Of a DNA stretch of 64,000 nucleotides, positions 18,858 to 27,989 are shown piece after piece (within the stretch, counting starts at the first letter, position 1; every line of letters starts with the position of its first letter). Below the pieces are notes generated by a model. The model searched no databases and was not told the origin of the DNA. It saw only the letters and a program-made list of their open reading frames with translations. A program made the translations under genes and the position numbers. Source of the DNA: Gemmatimonadota bacterium. GTDB lineage: Bacteria > Latescibacterota > UBA2968 > UBA8231. The stretch covers positions 54,984 to 118,983 of the forward strand of contig PATE01000063.1 in NCBI GenBank assembly GCA_002712305.1. Direction: 5' to 3'.

Positions 18858-20042
18858 GTGAAGATCGACCGAATCGAAACGTTCCTCATGCATGCCGCTC
18901 CACCGGGCCAAGGCGGCTGGGCGGCGCGAAACTGGCTGTTTGTTCGTGTGCACACGGACGACGGCCTCTATGGGATCGGCGAAGCCAGTGGCTGGCCACG
19001 TGTAGTGGAGACAGCCATCCAGGATCTGACACCACTGCTGATCGGTGAGGACCCGCAGAATATCGAGCGGCTATGGAGCAAGATGCTTGCGGCCATGATG
19101 GGGCATGGTATGACGGGCGTGGTGGGGGCCGGCGCCATGACGGGCATCGAGATGGCGTTGTGGGATCTGAAGGGGAAAGCTCTCGGCGTCCCCGTCTGGA
19201 ATCTGCTCGGCGGAAGGGTTCGAGATCGCATCCGGATTTACGCGCATGCCCACACGACGCAGGCAGCGCGGGGTCTGGTGGACGCAGGATATGACGCCAT
19301 CAAGACCGGCGGTATTCAGAACTGTGTCGACACCGTAGCCGTCATCCGAGACGAGGTGGGTCCCAAGGTGGATCTGATGGTGGATGTCCATGGGCCGCCG
19401 TGGTTGACGACGCGCGACGCCATTGCTCTCGGCAAACGTCTGGAACCCTTTGATTTGCTCTTCTACGAAGATCCAGTGGCGCCAGAAAACATCGACGCCA
19501 TCGCCCGTGTCGCCGACGCAGTCGATCTACCCATCGCTGCCGGTGAACGGCACGCCATGATCTGGGGCGTGCGTGAACTCATCGAGCGCGAGATCATCGA
19601 TGTCGTCCAGCCCGATACGGGACGTGCCGGCGGCCTGTCGCAGATGAAGAAGATCGCCGCCATGGCGGAGGCGCACTATATCACGATGGCCCCACACGAT
19701 GGGTCCCTCGGCCCCGTAGCAGAGATGGCTGCCGTCCATCTGCTGGCCACCATTCCCAACTTCCTCATCCTCGAACACCTGGCTGACGATGTACCTCAGA
19801 GGTATGAGGTGATGATGGGTCAGCCCGTCATCGAGGCGGGGCACATCCTGGTTCCGGATACACCCGGCCTCGGAATCGACATCGTGGAGGAGGCGATCGC
19901 AGCCTATCCGTCCGAGACGAATGTCTCGTTCCCCGAGGACACCTACGACTACGCCTACGTTCAGGCCCGTCAGGGCAGGGCGCACTGGCTTTCCAGCGAG
20001 GTCAAGCCACCGCCATCGTATCGCGCCGGACATATCTTTTAG
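18858..20042 (+). CDS. enolase-superfamily enzyme (mandelate racemase/muconate lactonizing enzyme family; sugar-acid dehydratase-like)
   Basis: 394 aa; GTG start; N-terminal capping domain plus TIM-barrel metal ligands (DVHG, EDP, IAAGE). Confidence 0.8.
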   Translation: MKIDRIETFLMHAAPPGQGGWAARNWLFVRVHTDDGLYGIGEASGWPRVVETAIQDLTPLLIGEDPQNIERLWSKMLAAMMGHGMTGVVGAGAMTGIEMALWDLKGKALGVPVWNLLGGRVRDRIRIYAHAHTTQAARGLVDAGYDAIKTGGIQNCVDTVAVIRDEVGPKVDLMVDVHGPPWLTTRDAIALGKRLEPFDLLFYEDPVAPENIDAIARVADAVDLPIAAGERHAMIWGVRELIEREIIDVVQPDTGRAGGLSQMKKIAAMAEAHYITMAPHDGSLGPVAEMAAVHLLATIPNFLILEHLADDVPQRYEVMMGQPVIEAGHILVPDTPGLGIDIVEEAIAAYPSETNVSFPEDTYDYAYVQARQGRAHWLSSEVKPPPSYRAGHIF

Positions 20043-20074
20043 GTCGCAGTACAGGTCGGGTCTTAGAGTCGGAT

Positions 20075-21253
20075 CTACAACCCGGATCGGCCTGGATTCA
20101 GGATCCCTCCAGGGTCACAAGCAGTCCTCAGTCGCTGATTGAGGCGCTTCAATCCCGGTTCAAGGGACGGCATGCCAAGCTCATTGGGATCATCGGGCGA
20201 AGTGGCGACACGCCAAGCGATCGCGCCATGGCGTTCGGCGATGCGGTGTCCATCGAGGGTTTGTTCAGGTGGCGCAAGGGCCCAGACCAGACCGCCTCCC
20301 CAATCCACGAAATAGTCGTCCACCTGTGCCGCCTGCAGGTCGTGTACCAACGCAACCCAATGACCTGCGGGCAACACGAACCGCCACACCCTGCCGGAGG
20401 ACTGGCGCAGGGCTTCGACTTCGCGCAGTTGCGACCAGAAGTTGGCAGACTCGATCTGGGGCAATTCCTCTTCCACATCCACATCGCGTGCGATCGCATC
20501 GATCTGCGGCTGCAGGCCGCGATCACTCCCCTCAAGTCGTAGGGACACCCCGCGGTGAGGGGCGAATGCGATACCCGTGAGGTCCTCAGGTCTCTGAGCC
20601 AGCTCGAGCATGACCCGCCGCGCCGTCTCCAGGTCCTGCCTGGCCAGCAGCAGCGTGCGTTGTGTCTGTGGACGTGGCCATAACTTGAAACAGATCTCCG
20701 TGATCAGGCCCAGTGATCCGAAACTCCCCGTCAGCCCGCGCCACAGGTCGAATCCCGTAACGTTTTTTACGACCCGACCGCCGGTGCGGACCAAACGACC
20801 CTGACCGTCGACGAACTGGAGTCCCAACACGAAGTCTCGAACGCCGCCGGCGCGGAATCGCCGTGGCCCCGCCAACCCCACAGCGACGGTACCGCCGGCA
20901 GTGGCGGTGTCGCGCCAATGAACCGGCTCGAAGGCAAGGTGCTGACCCTCATCAGACAGCAACTGCTCGATCTGCCGCAGAGGAGTACCTGCACCCACGA
21001 CCAGAACCAATTCACCTGGCTCATAGCTGACGATGCCTGACAGGGCATCCAGCGAGATGACCTGCTCTGTAGGTTGCTTGGACCCTCGACAACCCAGATC
21101 CCATTTGCTGTTACCGGCTCTCGTGGTGAGGACGGTCTGCTTTTGCGCCGCCTCTTTGACGAAACCCGCAAGTTGTGATGCGTCCTGTGGGCGCAGGATC
21201 TGGTTGGCCACCTCAGAAGCGGTCCAGTTCGGGGAACGGGCGCTGGCCTCCAT
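20075..21253 (-). CDS. glcE: glycolate oxidase FAD-binding subunit GlcE-like
   Basis: FAD PCMH domain; aligns to E. coli GlcE (GLAGPRR...VRDFVLG...KNVTGFDL). Start taken at the ATG at 21253, though a GTG at 21211 right after the glcD stop is also possible. Confidence 0.75.
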   Translation of the reverse strand: MEASARSPNWTASEVANQILRPQDASQLAGFVKEAAQKQTVLTTRAGNSKWDLGCRGSKQPTEQVISLDALSGIVSYEPGELVLVVGAGTPLRQIEQLLSDEGQHLAFEPVHWRDTATAGGTVAVGLAGPRRFRAGGVRDFVLGLQFVDGQGRLVRTGGRVVKNVTGFDLWRGLTGSFGSLGLITEICFKLWPRPQTQRTLLLARQDLETARRVMLELAQRPEDLTGIAFAPHRGVSLRLEGSDRGLQPQIDAIARDVDVEEELPQIESANFWSQLREVEALRQSSGRVWRFVLPAGHWVALVHDLQAAQVDDYFVDWGGGLVWALAPPEQTLDGHRIAERHGAIAWRVATSPDDPNELGMPSLEPGLKRLNQRLRTACDPGGILNPGRSGL

Positions 21254-22685
21254 GCACGTGAGTTCTCCCCTCGGCACACAGCCGCAGCTGGGGGTAGACC
21301 TTGCCCGGATTCAGCAGGTGATCCGGATCGAAGGTATCACGAATCTCCTCCTGCAGATCCAGATCGTCGTCGGTGAACATGCACGGCATGAGGTCTCTTT
21401 TCTCGACGCCGATTCCATGTTCGCCCGATAGCACACCTCCTACTGCGACGCAGAGCTTCAGGATTTCTGCACCCAGCTCCTCGGCCTTTTCAAGATCTCC
21501 CGACTTGTTCCCGTCATACAACACCAGCGGATGAAGATTGCCATCCCCGGCATGGAAGACATTGGCCACCTGCAGGCCAAAGATCTGAGACAACTCTTCG
21601 ATCCTGCCCAACACCGCAGACAGTTGTCCCCGCGGAATCGTGCCGTCCATGCAGTAGTAGTCAGGTGATACGCGCCCCATCGCAGGAAAAGCAGCCTTGC
21701 GACCTGCCCAGAGTTTCTGACGCGCTTCGGTGGTTGTCGCATGCGTCAACTGTGTTGCCCCGGCATCTCGCAGACACTGTTCGACGGCTTCGATCTGGGC
21801 AGCCACCTCCGATGAAGGGCCGTCGATTTCGACCAACAGAAGGGCCGCCACACCACGCGGATAGCCGCATCCTATAAAATCCTCCACCGCTTCAATCGAC
21901 AGCCGATCCATGATTTCCATCCCTGCCGGAACGATTCCGGAACCGATCACACTGGCTACGGCGCCACCGGCCGCTTCGACGCTGTCGAAGGCAGCCATCA
22001 TCGCCTGCGAAGACTCAGGTGTTCGCAGGATGCGCAGTGTGGCCTGCGTGATGATGCCGAGCAGTCCCTCTGAACCGGTAAACAACGCCAACAGGTCGAA
22101 CCCTGATCGTTCAAGCGCAGGTCCCCCGAGTTCGACGATTTCGCCATCGCTGAGCACGAGTTGCAGACCCAGAAGATTGTTGGTCGTGGTTCCGTACTTC
22201 AGACAATGGACGCCACCAGAATTCTCGGCGACGTTGCCACCGACGGTGCACGCAATCTGGCTCGACGGATCAGGGGCGTAGTAATAACCCTCGCCCGCTA
22301 CGGCGTGGGTGACGGCGAGATTGGTGACGCCCGGTTCGACGGTGACGCAACGATGATCGTAGTCGATGTGCAGAATTCGGTTCATGCGGGCGAGGCTCAA
22401 CACCAGACCATCGGCAACGGCCAACGCACCCCCTGACAGTCCGGTGCCAGCACCCCAGGGAACGATGGGGACCGCCAACTGCCCGCAAGCGATCACGACT
22501 GATTGGACCTGCTGTGTCGTGGCCGGTAGGGCGACGGCGATCGGCGCCTGTCGATAGGCGGCCAAGCCGTCACACTCGTACACGGCAAGCTCTTCATCGC
22601 TCAACAGCAACTGCCCGGAGCGGGCAAGGTCGGGCAACGCCTTTCGTAACGCTTTCCGCGTCGACTCGCGCTGGTGCCTGCCCAT
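21213..22685 (-). CDS. glcD: FAD-linked oxidase GlcD-like (glycolate oxidase / D-lactate dehydrogenase subunit)
   Basis: Trimmed to the ATG at 22685. FAD_binding_4 (PWGAGTGLSGGA), C-terminal FAD-oxidase_C with HAGDGNLHP. Confidence 0.85.
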   Translation of the reverse strand: MGRHQRESTRKALRKALPDLARSGQLLLSDEELAVYECDGLAAYRQAPIAVALPATTQQVQSVVIACGQLAVPIVPWGAGTGLSGGALAVADGLVLSLARMNRILHIDYDHRCVTVEPGVTNLAVTHAVAGEGYYYAPDPSSQIACTVGGNVAENSGGVHCLKYGTTTNNLLGLQLVLSDGEIVELGGPALERSGFDLLALFTGSEGLLGIITQATLRILRTPESSQAMMAAFDSVEAAGGAVASVIGSGIVPAGMEIMDRLSIEAVEDFIGCGYPRGVAALLLVEIDGPSSEVAAQIEAVEQCLRDAGATQLTHATTTEARQKLWAGRKAAFPAMGRVSPDYYCMDGTIPRGQLSAVLGRIEELSQIFGLQVANVFHAGDGNLHPLVLYDGNKSGDLEKAEELGAEILKLCVAVGGVLSGEHGIGVEKRDLMPCMFTDDDLDLQEEIRDTFDPDHLLNPGKVYPQLRLCAEGRTHVHGGQRPFPELDRF

Positions 22686-22704
22686 GCTGTGCGGGCCGGC
22701 TCGT

Positions 22705-23739
22705 TCAGTCGAGTCCATCGAGGGCGGGTGTTTCCAACCCGAGTTCATCGGCGTAGGCAAACAGCGCCGGTGTTCCTCCCGTGTGGAGGAAGACGATGGT
22801 ATGGTCCTTCGTCCACCATCCCCGATCGATGTGGGCCATCAGGCCTGCCATGGTCTTGCCCGAATAGCAGGGATCCAGCAGCAACCCTTCGGTCTGTGCT
22901 GTGACCTGCAAGGCCTGTTGGGAACCTTCGGTGACAATCCCGTATCCCTCACCGACAAACTCTGCATAACTCTCCAGATCTTTTGTTGTCACCTCGACAT
23001 CAAGGTCGAGAATCCGGGCATGTCTTTCGGCCAGTTCCACATGTTGTTTCGCCGCCTTCTCGTCGTCGCGCTCGCTTGGGCTGACCCCCACAACTCGCCA
23101 CGGCAGGCCCAAGGCACGCGCCGCCACGACAAGCCCAGTATGCGTGTGGGCACCTGAGCAGACGTAGATCGCATCGGGTGTTACGTCCATCGACTGCAGT
23201 TGATCGTAGAGTTCGCAGAAGCCGTCTACATAGGCGATTCCCCGATAGTCGGCACCGTCAGACGAGGTGTTGAAGGGGCGGCACCCTTCGTCGCGAAGAC
23301 GCTGCATCGTCGCCTTCACCGTGTCGCCTTGCTCGTTCATGGGCGGCAGGTTGATCTCGGCCCCAAACAGGTGACTCAGCAACAGATTACCCTGCAGTTG
23401 AGCATGAGAATCCTGCCGACCGACGATGACAGATCGCAAGCCGAGACGGGCGGCGACGGCGGCGGTCTGACGGGACTGATTCGATTGGGCCGCTGCGCTG
23501 TGAAGCAAGACATCGCACTTGGCTTCCACGGCCTGGGCGATGGAGTATTCGAACTCTCGGATCTTGTTTCCACCCATGGCCATCCCCGTCAGATCCTCTC
23601 GCTTGATGAGGATTCGGGGACCGCCGAGGGACTCACTCAAGCGCGGGGCCTCCTGCAGGGGGGTCGGCAGCGTCGCCAGCGACAGCCGTGGCAAGCTCGC
23701 CAGTCGCTGCCGCAGTTCAGAGACATCATACGTGGTCAA
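22705..23739 (-). CDS. PLP-dependent ACC deaminase / D-cysteine desulfhydrase family enzyme
   Basis: 344 aa; LIKREDLTG...GGNKIREFE (PLP lysine motif of the DcyD/ACCD family). Confidence 0.8.
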   Translation of the reverse strand: MTTYDVSELRQRLASLPRLSLATLPTPLQEAPRLSESLGGPRILIKREDLTGMAMGGNKIREFEYSIAQAVEAKCDVLLHSAAAQSNQSRQTAAVAARLGLRSVIVGRQDSHAQLQGNLLLSHLFGAEINLPPMNEQGDTVKATMQRLRDEGCRPFNTSSDGADYRGIAYVDGFCELYDQLQSMDVTPDAIYVCSGAHTHTGLVVAARALGLPWRVVGVSPSERDDEKAAKQHVELAERHARILDLDVEVTTKDLESYAEFVGEGYGIVTEGSQQALQVTAQTEGLLLDPCYSGKTMAGLMAHIDRGWWTKDHTIVFLHTGGTPALFAYADELGLETPALDGLD

Positions 23740-23774
23740 GGGCGTTTTCTCCTCGAGAGGCAGGGCATTGCCAC

Positions 23775-23805
23775 GCGTAACTTCACGCCCTACATTCAGT
23801 TACGC
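23775..23805. promoter_or_regulatory. 8-bp perfect inverted repeat GCGTAACT-N15-AGTTACGC in the divergent region upstream of the PH-ABC exporter
   Basis: Seen directly in sequence; ~90 bp upstream of the ABC start at 23892. Confidence 0.3.
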
Positions 23806-23891
23806 AAATCGACTACCCCACCCGCTTGGGTCAATAGTGTCTAATCCGTTGTCCCGCAGGGGGTTGAGATCGTCCTCCCATCCTCAGGACG

Positions 23892-26255
23892 ATGCCAACA
23901 CCGACCCCCCGAACCACAGGAGTCCGGCCCCCAGTTTTGGATCTCGTCGAGCCCATCCCCGAGCATCTCGACACCCCTCTGAGGCAAGAACTCCACCCGG
24001 GCGAACTACCCCTCGTCCTTCTGATCGCCGACATCGCTACTGACGGCAACTTTGCCGAATCGGTCCTCACCGTCACCGATGAGCGACTGCTGATCCTGCA
24101 CGCCAACGGATCCGACGTGCCCGTCGTGGAGAGTATCTCCATCGATCGTGTTTTGCGCGTGCAGACACGGAATCACGTGGGCAGTGGGTCTCTGGTGGCC
24201 GACCTCGACGAAGGAACGCGCGAATTGGTGCGTTTCTCGCAGGGCGCCTACTTCAAGTTCTCTTCTGTGCCGCAGGCGGTCGAGGCACTTCTGACCCGTC
24301 CGTCTGAAGAGATTGCCGAAGAGCCTGATGCGGAACGCGCCATACCGCCGCGCCGCATCGAACACTGTGAAACGTGCGGCCGTGCCCTCAAACAAGGCAC
24401 GAAGGTCTGCCCGAACTGCATCAAGAAACGGGAGACATTCTGGCGCCTGTTCTCTTACGTTCGACCCTACAAGAAGATCGCCCTCTTCGGCTTCGGGCTG
24501 ACCCTGACGATGACCTTCGTCGGTCTACTGCCGCCACAGTTGAACCTGATCCTCATCGACGATGTGATCACGCCCGTCATCGTCGAATACATGGAGACAG
24601 GCGCCGACGGCATTCCGAAGCAGAAGCTCACTCCCGATGATCCAAAAACGCCACCCGCCGAGCAGGCAAAGCTGCTGATCTGGGTCGTGGCAGGGCTTTT
24701 CAGCATTCACTTCGGCCGCTTGCTCATCAACGCCACCCGCTCCTATACCCTGGGCTGGCTGGGCCAGCGCATCACCTACGATCTGCAGACGGAGATCTTC
24801 AACTACCTGCAGTTCCTGTCCCTGTCGTTCTATTCCCAGCACAGTACGGGCCGCATTATGACGCGGGTGACCAGCGACACCGAGCGGATGCGGGGCTTCA
24901 TCACCACCGGCTTTCAGGACATGGTCATCGCCATCCTGACCCTGATCGGCATCGGTGCGATGCTGTTCTGGATGAACTGGGAGCTGGCCCTGCTGGCCTT
25001 GATCCCCACGCCGATCATGCTCATCGTCACCCAGATCTATCGCAAGCGCATCCACTGGACCTTCCATACGATCTGGCGCCGCATCGCTTCGTTGAACTCA
25101 CAGCTGGCCGACACGATTCCCGGCGTGAAGGTGGTCAAGGCCTTCGCGCAGGAAGATCGCGAAAGGAAGCGCTTCGATCGGCGCAACACCGAGCTGCGTG
25201 ACTCACGCATGGAGTCGGTGAAGATGAAGGCGTATTTCGTTCCCGGCATCGCCTTCATCACCGCCATGGGATCGGTGATCCTGTGGTGGTTCGGTGGCAA
25301 CCGTGTTTTGGAGAACACCCTTTCTCTCGGTCAGCTGCAGGCATTCATCGCATACATGGTCATGTTCTACGGTCCAGTGCGCGAACTGAGCGTCCTGTCC
25401 GATCAACTCGAATCGGCGGCGACGACGGCAGAGCGGGTCTTCGAGATCCTCGACACCGAACCCGACGTGACCGACCCCGTCGACGCCACCGACCCGGGCG
25501 TTCTGCAGGGACACGTCGAGTTTCGAAATGTGTCGTTTACCTACGACGGTTTCGCCCGAATTCTCGACCGCGTCACCTTCGATGTCGAACCGGGTGAAAT
25601 GATCGGCCTTGTCGGTCCTTCCGGTGCAGGCAAGTCAACTCTCGTGAATCTGATCTCCCGCTTCTTCGACGCCTCCGACGGCGACGTCTACATCGATGGT
25701 GAACCGATCACCTCATTACAGCAGGGCAAGCTTCGCTCGCAGATCGGTGTGGTCTTGCAGGAGCCGCTTCTGTTCCAGGGATCGATCGCACAGAACATCG
25801 CCTATGGTCGACCCGACGCGCCGCACGCCCGCATTATCGCCGCCGCGCGTGCTGCCAATGCCCATGACTTCATCATGAGATTCCCGGACGGCTACGATAC
25901 CGAAGTCGGTGAACGTGGCGGACGACTATCCGGCGGTGAGCGCCAACGGATCTCTATCGCCCGGGCTCTGATCTGCGAACCTATGATTCTGATTCTCGAC
26001 GAAGCGACCAGTTCAGTGGATACGGAAACCGAACACGAGATCCAGGAAGCCCTCGAGCGACTCACCGAGAATCGCACGACCTTCGCCATCGCCCATCGCT
26101 TGTCCACACTCAAGAATGCCGATCGGCTCTTCGTCATGGACAAGGGACGTATTGCCGAGGTGGGCACACACGCCGAATTGCTCGAGAAAGAAGATGGCGT
26201 CTATCGACGACTCGTCGATATGCAGACCGAGTTGGCGAAGGTGAGAGCCGTGTGA
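23892..26255 (+). CDS. ABC exporter (fused TMD-NBD, MsbA-like) with ~180-aa N-terminal PH-like domain and CxxC...CxxC zinc ribbon
   Basis: 787 aa. Residues ~190-480 form a 6-TM exporter domain. NBD Walker A GPSGAGKST, signature LSGGERQRISIARAL, Walker B ILILDEAT. N-terminal extension contains HCETCGRALKQGTKVCPNC. Confidence 0.85.
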   Translation: MPTPTPRTTGVRPPVLDLVEPIPEHLDTPLRQELHPGELPLVLLIADIATDGNFAESVLTVTDERLLILHANGSDVPVVESISIDRVLRVQTRNHVGSGSLVADLDEGTRELVRFSQGAYFKFSSVPQAVEALLTRPSEEIAEEPDAERAIPPRRIEHCETCGRALKQGTKVCPNCIKKRETFWRLFSYVRPYKKIALFGFGLTLTMTFVGLLPPQLNLILIDDVITPVIVEYMETGADGIPKQKLTPDDPKTPPAEQAKLLIWVVAGLFSIHFGRLLINATRSYTLGWLGQRITYDLQTEIFNYLQFLSLSFYSQHSTGRIMTRVTSDTERMRGFITTGFQDMVIAILTLIGIGAMLFWMNWELALLALIPTPIMLIVTQIYRKRIHWTFHTIWRRIASLNSQLADTIPGVKVVKAFAQEDRERKRFDRRNTELRDSRMESVKMKAYFVPGIAFITAMGSVILWWFGGNRVLENTLSLGQLQAFIAYMVMFYGPVRELSVLSDQLESAATTAERVFEILDTEPDVTDPVDATDPGVLQGHVEFRNVSFTYDGFARILDRVTFDVEPGEMIGLVGPSGAGKSTLVNLISRFFDASDGDVYIDGEPITSLQQGKLRSQIGVVLQEPLLFQGSIAQNIAYGRPDAPHARIIAAARAANAHDFIMRFPDGYDTEVGERGGRLSGGERQRISIARALICEPMILILDEATSSVDTETEHEIQEALERLTENRTTFAIAHRLSTLKNADRLFVMDKGRIAEVGTHAELLEKEDGVYRRLVDMQTELAKVRAV

Positions 26256-26749
26256 CCGAGTCGACTCAATCCACGGACGGATTTCTCGATGCCAAGTCGA
26301 TCCGCATCGAACGCAGCGAAGCCCGTACCCTGACCGTCCATATCGCTGAGGAGCGATACGAAGACGTCAGCGTCCGCCGTGCCTTCCCACTGGAGATGGC
26401 TGACGCCTTTATCGGTTTGATCGGTGCTGATGGGAAGGAAATCGGGATTATCGAGGACATGGCCTCGATGGAAAGCGGCAGTCGAGAAACCCTTGAAGCG
26501 GAGTTGCAGCGAACCTACTTCCTCCCCGTGATCACCGACTTTGGTCACTTGGATGAGGAGTTCGGTGTCATCCACGCAGAGGTGGAGACAACCAGCGGCC
26601 CACGCCACATCGAGATCCGCGGCATTCGCAGCAACATCCGACTTCTGTCCCGGCAACGAGCATTGATCGAGGACACGGATGGCAATCGCTACGAACTGCG
26701 CGACTATCACCGACTCCCAAAGCTTACGCGCGAGATCCTCGGACTTTAG
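26252..26749 (+). CDS. DUF1854-like hypothetical protein, translationally coupled to the ABC exporter
   Basis: GTG start overlapping the ABC stop (GTGA), SD-like gaaggtgag upstream; 165 aa, acidic. I recall this fold family sitting next to ABC exporters, but could not check. Confidence 0.55.
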   Translation: MTESTQSTDGFLDAKSIRIERSEARTLTVHIAEERYEDVSVRRAFPLEMADAFIGLIGADGKEIGIIEDMASMESGSRETLEAELQRTYFLPVITDFGHLDEEFGVIHAEVETTSGPRHIEIRGIRSNIRLLSRQRALIEDTDGNRYELRDYHRLPKLTREILGL

Positions 26750-26780
26750 CCGTCCCCGCTGTTGACGCTAGTTCACAAGT

Positions 26781-27886
26781 TCATCCGCATCGAAGTCCGA
26801 CCGGTAGCTGCGTATAGGCCTGGCTCTGACGCATGAACTCGGCGCGGGTCTCGGTCGTCGGCTCAGCGCGCCACGCATTGTAAGCGTCGAGCATGCGATC
26901 CAGGGCATGCTCCTGGATCGCGGGCAGTGCCGCCTCGTGCGCACCGTGCTCCAGATGAAAGGCTTGTCCCCGAGATAACCGCGGAAGCAGATCGAGGTGG
27001 TGGCGAGCCATGTGATCGAGGACGCCATGGTAGGTCTCGAAATCGTTGGCGAGAGGATCGTTCGCCCCAACCATCGAACAATCCAAACGCGATCATCCGA
27101 TGGTCGGCGTTGGCGCGATAGACATCTGCCTTGGACCGATCGGATCCGCCATCCTCCGCCTTACGCTGCACGTCCGTCGGAGACATGGCCAGATGATCGG
27201 TGGTCTCTGTATAGAATTTCCCATCCACCACGCCGTGCAGCAGTCCCGCCATATAGACATTGACCTCCTCATCACCATCAGACTCGCAGTCGGTTTCGAT
27301 TCGAGACGTCAGATAGGCGTTGAGGAGGAAGAAAAACATGTTTTTCTGTTCACCGTTGTTGAGATCGACATACGTGGGACTGTCCATCGGACCATCTCCG
27401 TATCGACGGCGATAGGTGCTGCATCTTCGATAGGATAGCCATAGATCCCGCAACTGATGGCGGGGAATGCGATCTGGGCGATCCGGGCCTCGGCGGCTAT
27501 GGCTAGGCTCTGGCGATAATAACTGGCCAGTAGCCGTGCGTCGTCATCAGTGCCTGAATAGATGGGGCCGACGGTATGGATGACATGACGGGCGGGAAGG
27601 AGGTGGCCACTGGTCAGGCGAGCCGCTCCAGTGGGGCAGCCCCACCCAGGGCTCGACATTCGGCAAGCAACCCTGGCCCGGCGGCACGGTGAATGGCACC
27701 GTCCACACCACCACCGCCGAGAAGACGCGAATTGGCCGCATTCACGATCGCATCAATGTCCAGGCGGGTGATATCACCCCGCAGGATCTCTACGCGATCG
27801 GCGACGTCTCCCGGGTAGTCCCGGCGTGTCTCGATGGCACTCTGCATGCGCACTCCATCAGCGAGCGGGGCGACGGAAGGTATCAC
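26781..27886 (-). pseudogene. macro-domain (O-acetyl-ADP-ribose deacetylase, YmdB/MacroD-like) gene interrupted by frameshift(s), with a 3' region of unclear relation
   Basis: ORF 27614..27886 encodes the macro N-half ([36 protein letters not shown]). ORF 27309..27659, in the -1 frame, encodes the C-half ([25 protein letters not shown]...[12 protein letters not shown]). Comparison to YmdB (GDCPTG) implies a 1-nt loss in a GGGGC context near 27630. Two further mutually shifted ORFs follow downstream (26863..27453 and 26781..27086). Confidence 0.6.
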
Positions 27887-27989
27887 CCAGATTCAGAAGC
27901 GGATGTCCGGTACAGAGCGTGAGCCATTGGTACCCACAATCGGCTCGAATGCGCAAGCATGACATCGGTCATGGCAACCGTGACGCCGA

